A stretch of DNA of 64,000 bases from Tubulanus polymorphus. Its lineage: Eukaryota; Animalia; Nemertea. The position numbers and the translations under genes were made by a program. Positions 61,928-64,000 of this stretch are shown piece by piece. Each line of letters opens with the position of its first letter. Within the stretch, counting starts at the first letter, position 1. The DNA lies in NCBI RefSeq assembly GCF_964204645.1, contig NC_134028.1, positions 6,820,001 to 6,884,000 on the forward strand. The letters run 5' to 3'. Below the pieces are notes generated by a model. That model was not told the DNA's origin, searched no databases, and was given only the letters and a program-made list of their open reading frames with translations.

Positions 61928-64000
61928 TTACTCGACGAATGCTCGAATCAACGCTTCGTAAAAATGTTCGTTCGTTAATTCCCCATCTCCATCGATATAA
62001 ATGGTTTTTGGCCCGTTGCAAGCATCCCATACGAGTTTGGAAGTGGGATTGTCGGTTATTGTAGATGGCTTCTCTCGGTTACCGATCCAAACGTAGATCA
62101 TCCTTTTCGGTTCTTGCATCGAACGGTTCAGAATCATTTCCGTGGATTTAACCCATTTTTCATCAGAAAAAGCCGATTGCGATCCCAACACAATGATGGC
62201 ATGACTATCGTCGACGGACTGTTCGATCATTTCCGCCGAAACCAGAGCATGAAATTGAGAGTCAATTTCGGATGTTATTTTGACCTCATTTAGCCTCATC
62301 ATTTGGTGTAAGATTTGAATGAATGGATTGCAAACCAGGTGACAAGCGGTACTCGCATGAACGACTGCCTCGGTTTTAAACCGACCACCTTGAAATATTC
62401 TCTCATCCAATATTTGCCTGTAGATGAAACTAGCTAAACATGGCCTGCCCGGGAATGCTGTGAGAAGATCTTTAGCCGCTTTAAACCTTATCGTCAGGTA
62501 TTCATTCAAACCTAGATGCCCCGATCCATGTTCGCATTGTAGAATATTCAACAAAAAATTCGTGCCGCTGATGGGCCAGTTATGCATGTCTGACTCGCGG
62601 TGCTTGATAAGTTCGACCAGTTTGTCTTTACTTCTTATGAATACGTCTCTAAGATGTAGTGTCTTCATTAGAAATTCCTTGTTGAACCGATAGACACTGT
62701 AAAATGATCTTTCTTCCGAGGTGGAGGGATTTCTTATCCTCGATGTTGCTGCTAAGTGACACGCCAAAAGATACAATCCTTCAGCTGATTCACGTCTACC
62801 CGATTCATGTAGCAGACTCGCCCATGCTATCACGATATCCCCAACACTAAACCGCTCAGTCTCCAAGCCATCAACAAAACATTCTACACATTCTTCATAT
62901 ACCTCGGACAAATCTTCGGCGTACAAGATATGAAGTATGCCTTCGATTCGTTTCATTCCTGGCACTTGTTTGATATGGTCGATCGCTTTTTTCAGACGTG
63001 GGTGCCCCGGAGACCTGCCCGGAAAACCTTGTAAAGAACAATAACGTATCCCATCGACGAGGTTGACCGCTGGCAAAAAACCGGCATGGTAGTTTCGTTC
63101 TGCAAAGGAAATAGTGTGAGAAAGGTGACATCCCATATACATGTAAGGCATCGCAACCATTCTCTAGATAGAGACTGCAAATCCCTGGTAGGCAATTGGT
63201 AATGGGTAATAGTTAGATTATGCACGACAAAAAAACGAAGACCTGCATCACATTAAACTGTCGCGACCGCTTTACATATTGTGTCAATGAACAAACAAGC
63301 CCCCTTATAACAATTCTACGGAGTGCATCAGGCATTGTCGTCGTTTATCATCGTGCGTTAGTAACACGGATATGGAATTTAGGAGGTGGTCATTGGAAGG
63401 AGAAAAAGCAAGTTTGACTCAAATATTTCGGGACATGAATCGTACAATCTGAGTTCGATACTTACTGACACTAGATTTTCCTTTCATTACTTGTAAAACC
63501 TGCACAATCGCCAGGCGGTAATGCGAAAAACTATCGCCCATCGCGATAGCTGTTTCGAGCAAGCGTTCAGCGTCGTCCAACAATTCATCTCGTGACATCA
63601 ATTCCCTAGCGATTGCTTGTAAATGGAAAAGCGCGCTGGAATAGTTCAAATCGAGCGTTGTTTGCGCTTTTTGCAAACACTGACTCAGATTCTCTCGATT
63701 CGGAGTACAATCAGCCAGTTTAACGCATCGCTTATTCTCCGGCCTGGTCGAGCTGTAACGCCGATATAACTGTACGAATAAGAGCCAACATCTCGATATA
63801 AAGTGCGGGAAATTGCTTTCATCGAGTTCGGATAGAACATCTCGTAAAATAGCCGTACCCTTGACTACTTCAATTTCAGGTTGGTCGGAATGGGGATTGA
63901 ATCGTTGATGCTTTCCGCCAACTGCTTTATCAAAAATTCTCCAAATCAGACGAACTAACTCGTACTTCCAGATGAGGACTCCTCGTTGCCGACGACGTCT
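61928..64000 (-). CDS. Partial gene: helical/TPR-like region with C-terminal TIR-like domain (exons >64000-63466 and 63174-61928)
   Basis: Frame is open from the window edge to a GTAAG donor at 63465; TTGCAG acceptor at 63175. AERLLETAIAMGDSFSHYRLA is TPR/Sel1-like; IEQSVDDSHAIIVLGSQSAFSDEKWV...MIYVWI resembles a TIR core. Confidence 0.55.

Overview
Intron-rich invertebrate nuclear DNA. The globins resemble the nemertean Cerebratulus nerve haemoglobin, so a lophotrochozoan, possibly nemertean, host is inferred. Host genes in order: two tandem globins (+), CCAR1 (-), a furin/proprotein-convertase-like gene (+) that lacks its catalytic His, Ser and oxyanion Asn and has two alternative transmembrane/tail exons, REXO5-like RNA exonuclease (+), and a partial gene (-) with a TPR-like region and C-terminal TIR-like region. 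MITEs, HINE-like repeats and a truncated LINE are interspersed. The standout feature is a largely AT-rich 13.3-kb insertion (45371-58716) with Polinton/Maverick hallmarks: 6-bp TSD GCGACT, 5'-AG...CT-3' ends, ~0.6-kb TIRs and a pPolB N-terminal fragment. Each TIR begins with a ~0.4-kb hairpin. The core is occupied by a 6.8-kb palindrome of two near-identical 2.84-kb arms. These encode a protein with Rep_trans-like rolling-circle initiator motifs and meet at an AT-rich hairpin apex flanked by tandem repeats. The element's ORFs start at TAAATG/TAAAATG. This may be an integrated dimer junction of an undescribed hairpin-ended replicon nested in a Polinton relic. All calls come from reading the sequence by eye; no searches were run.
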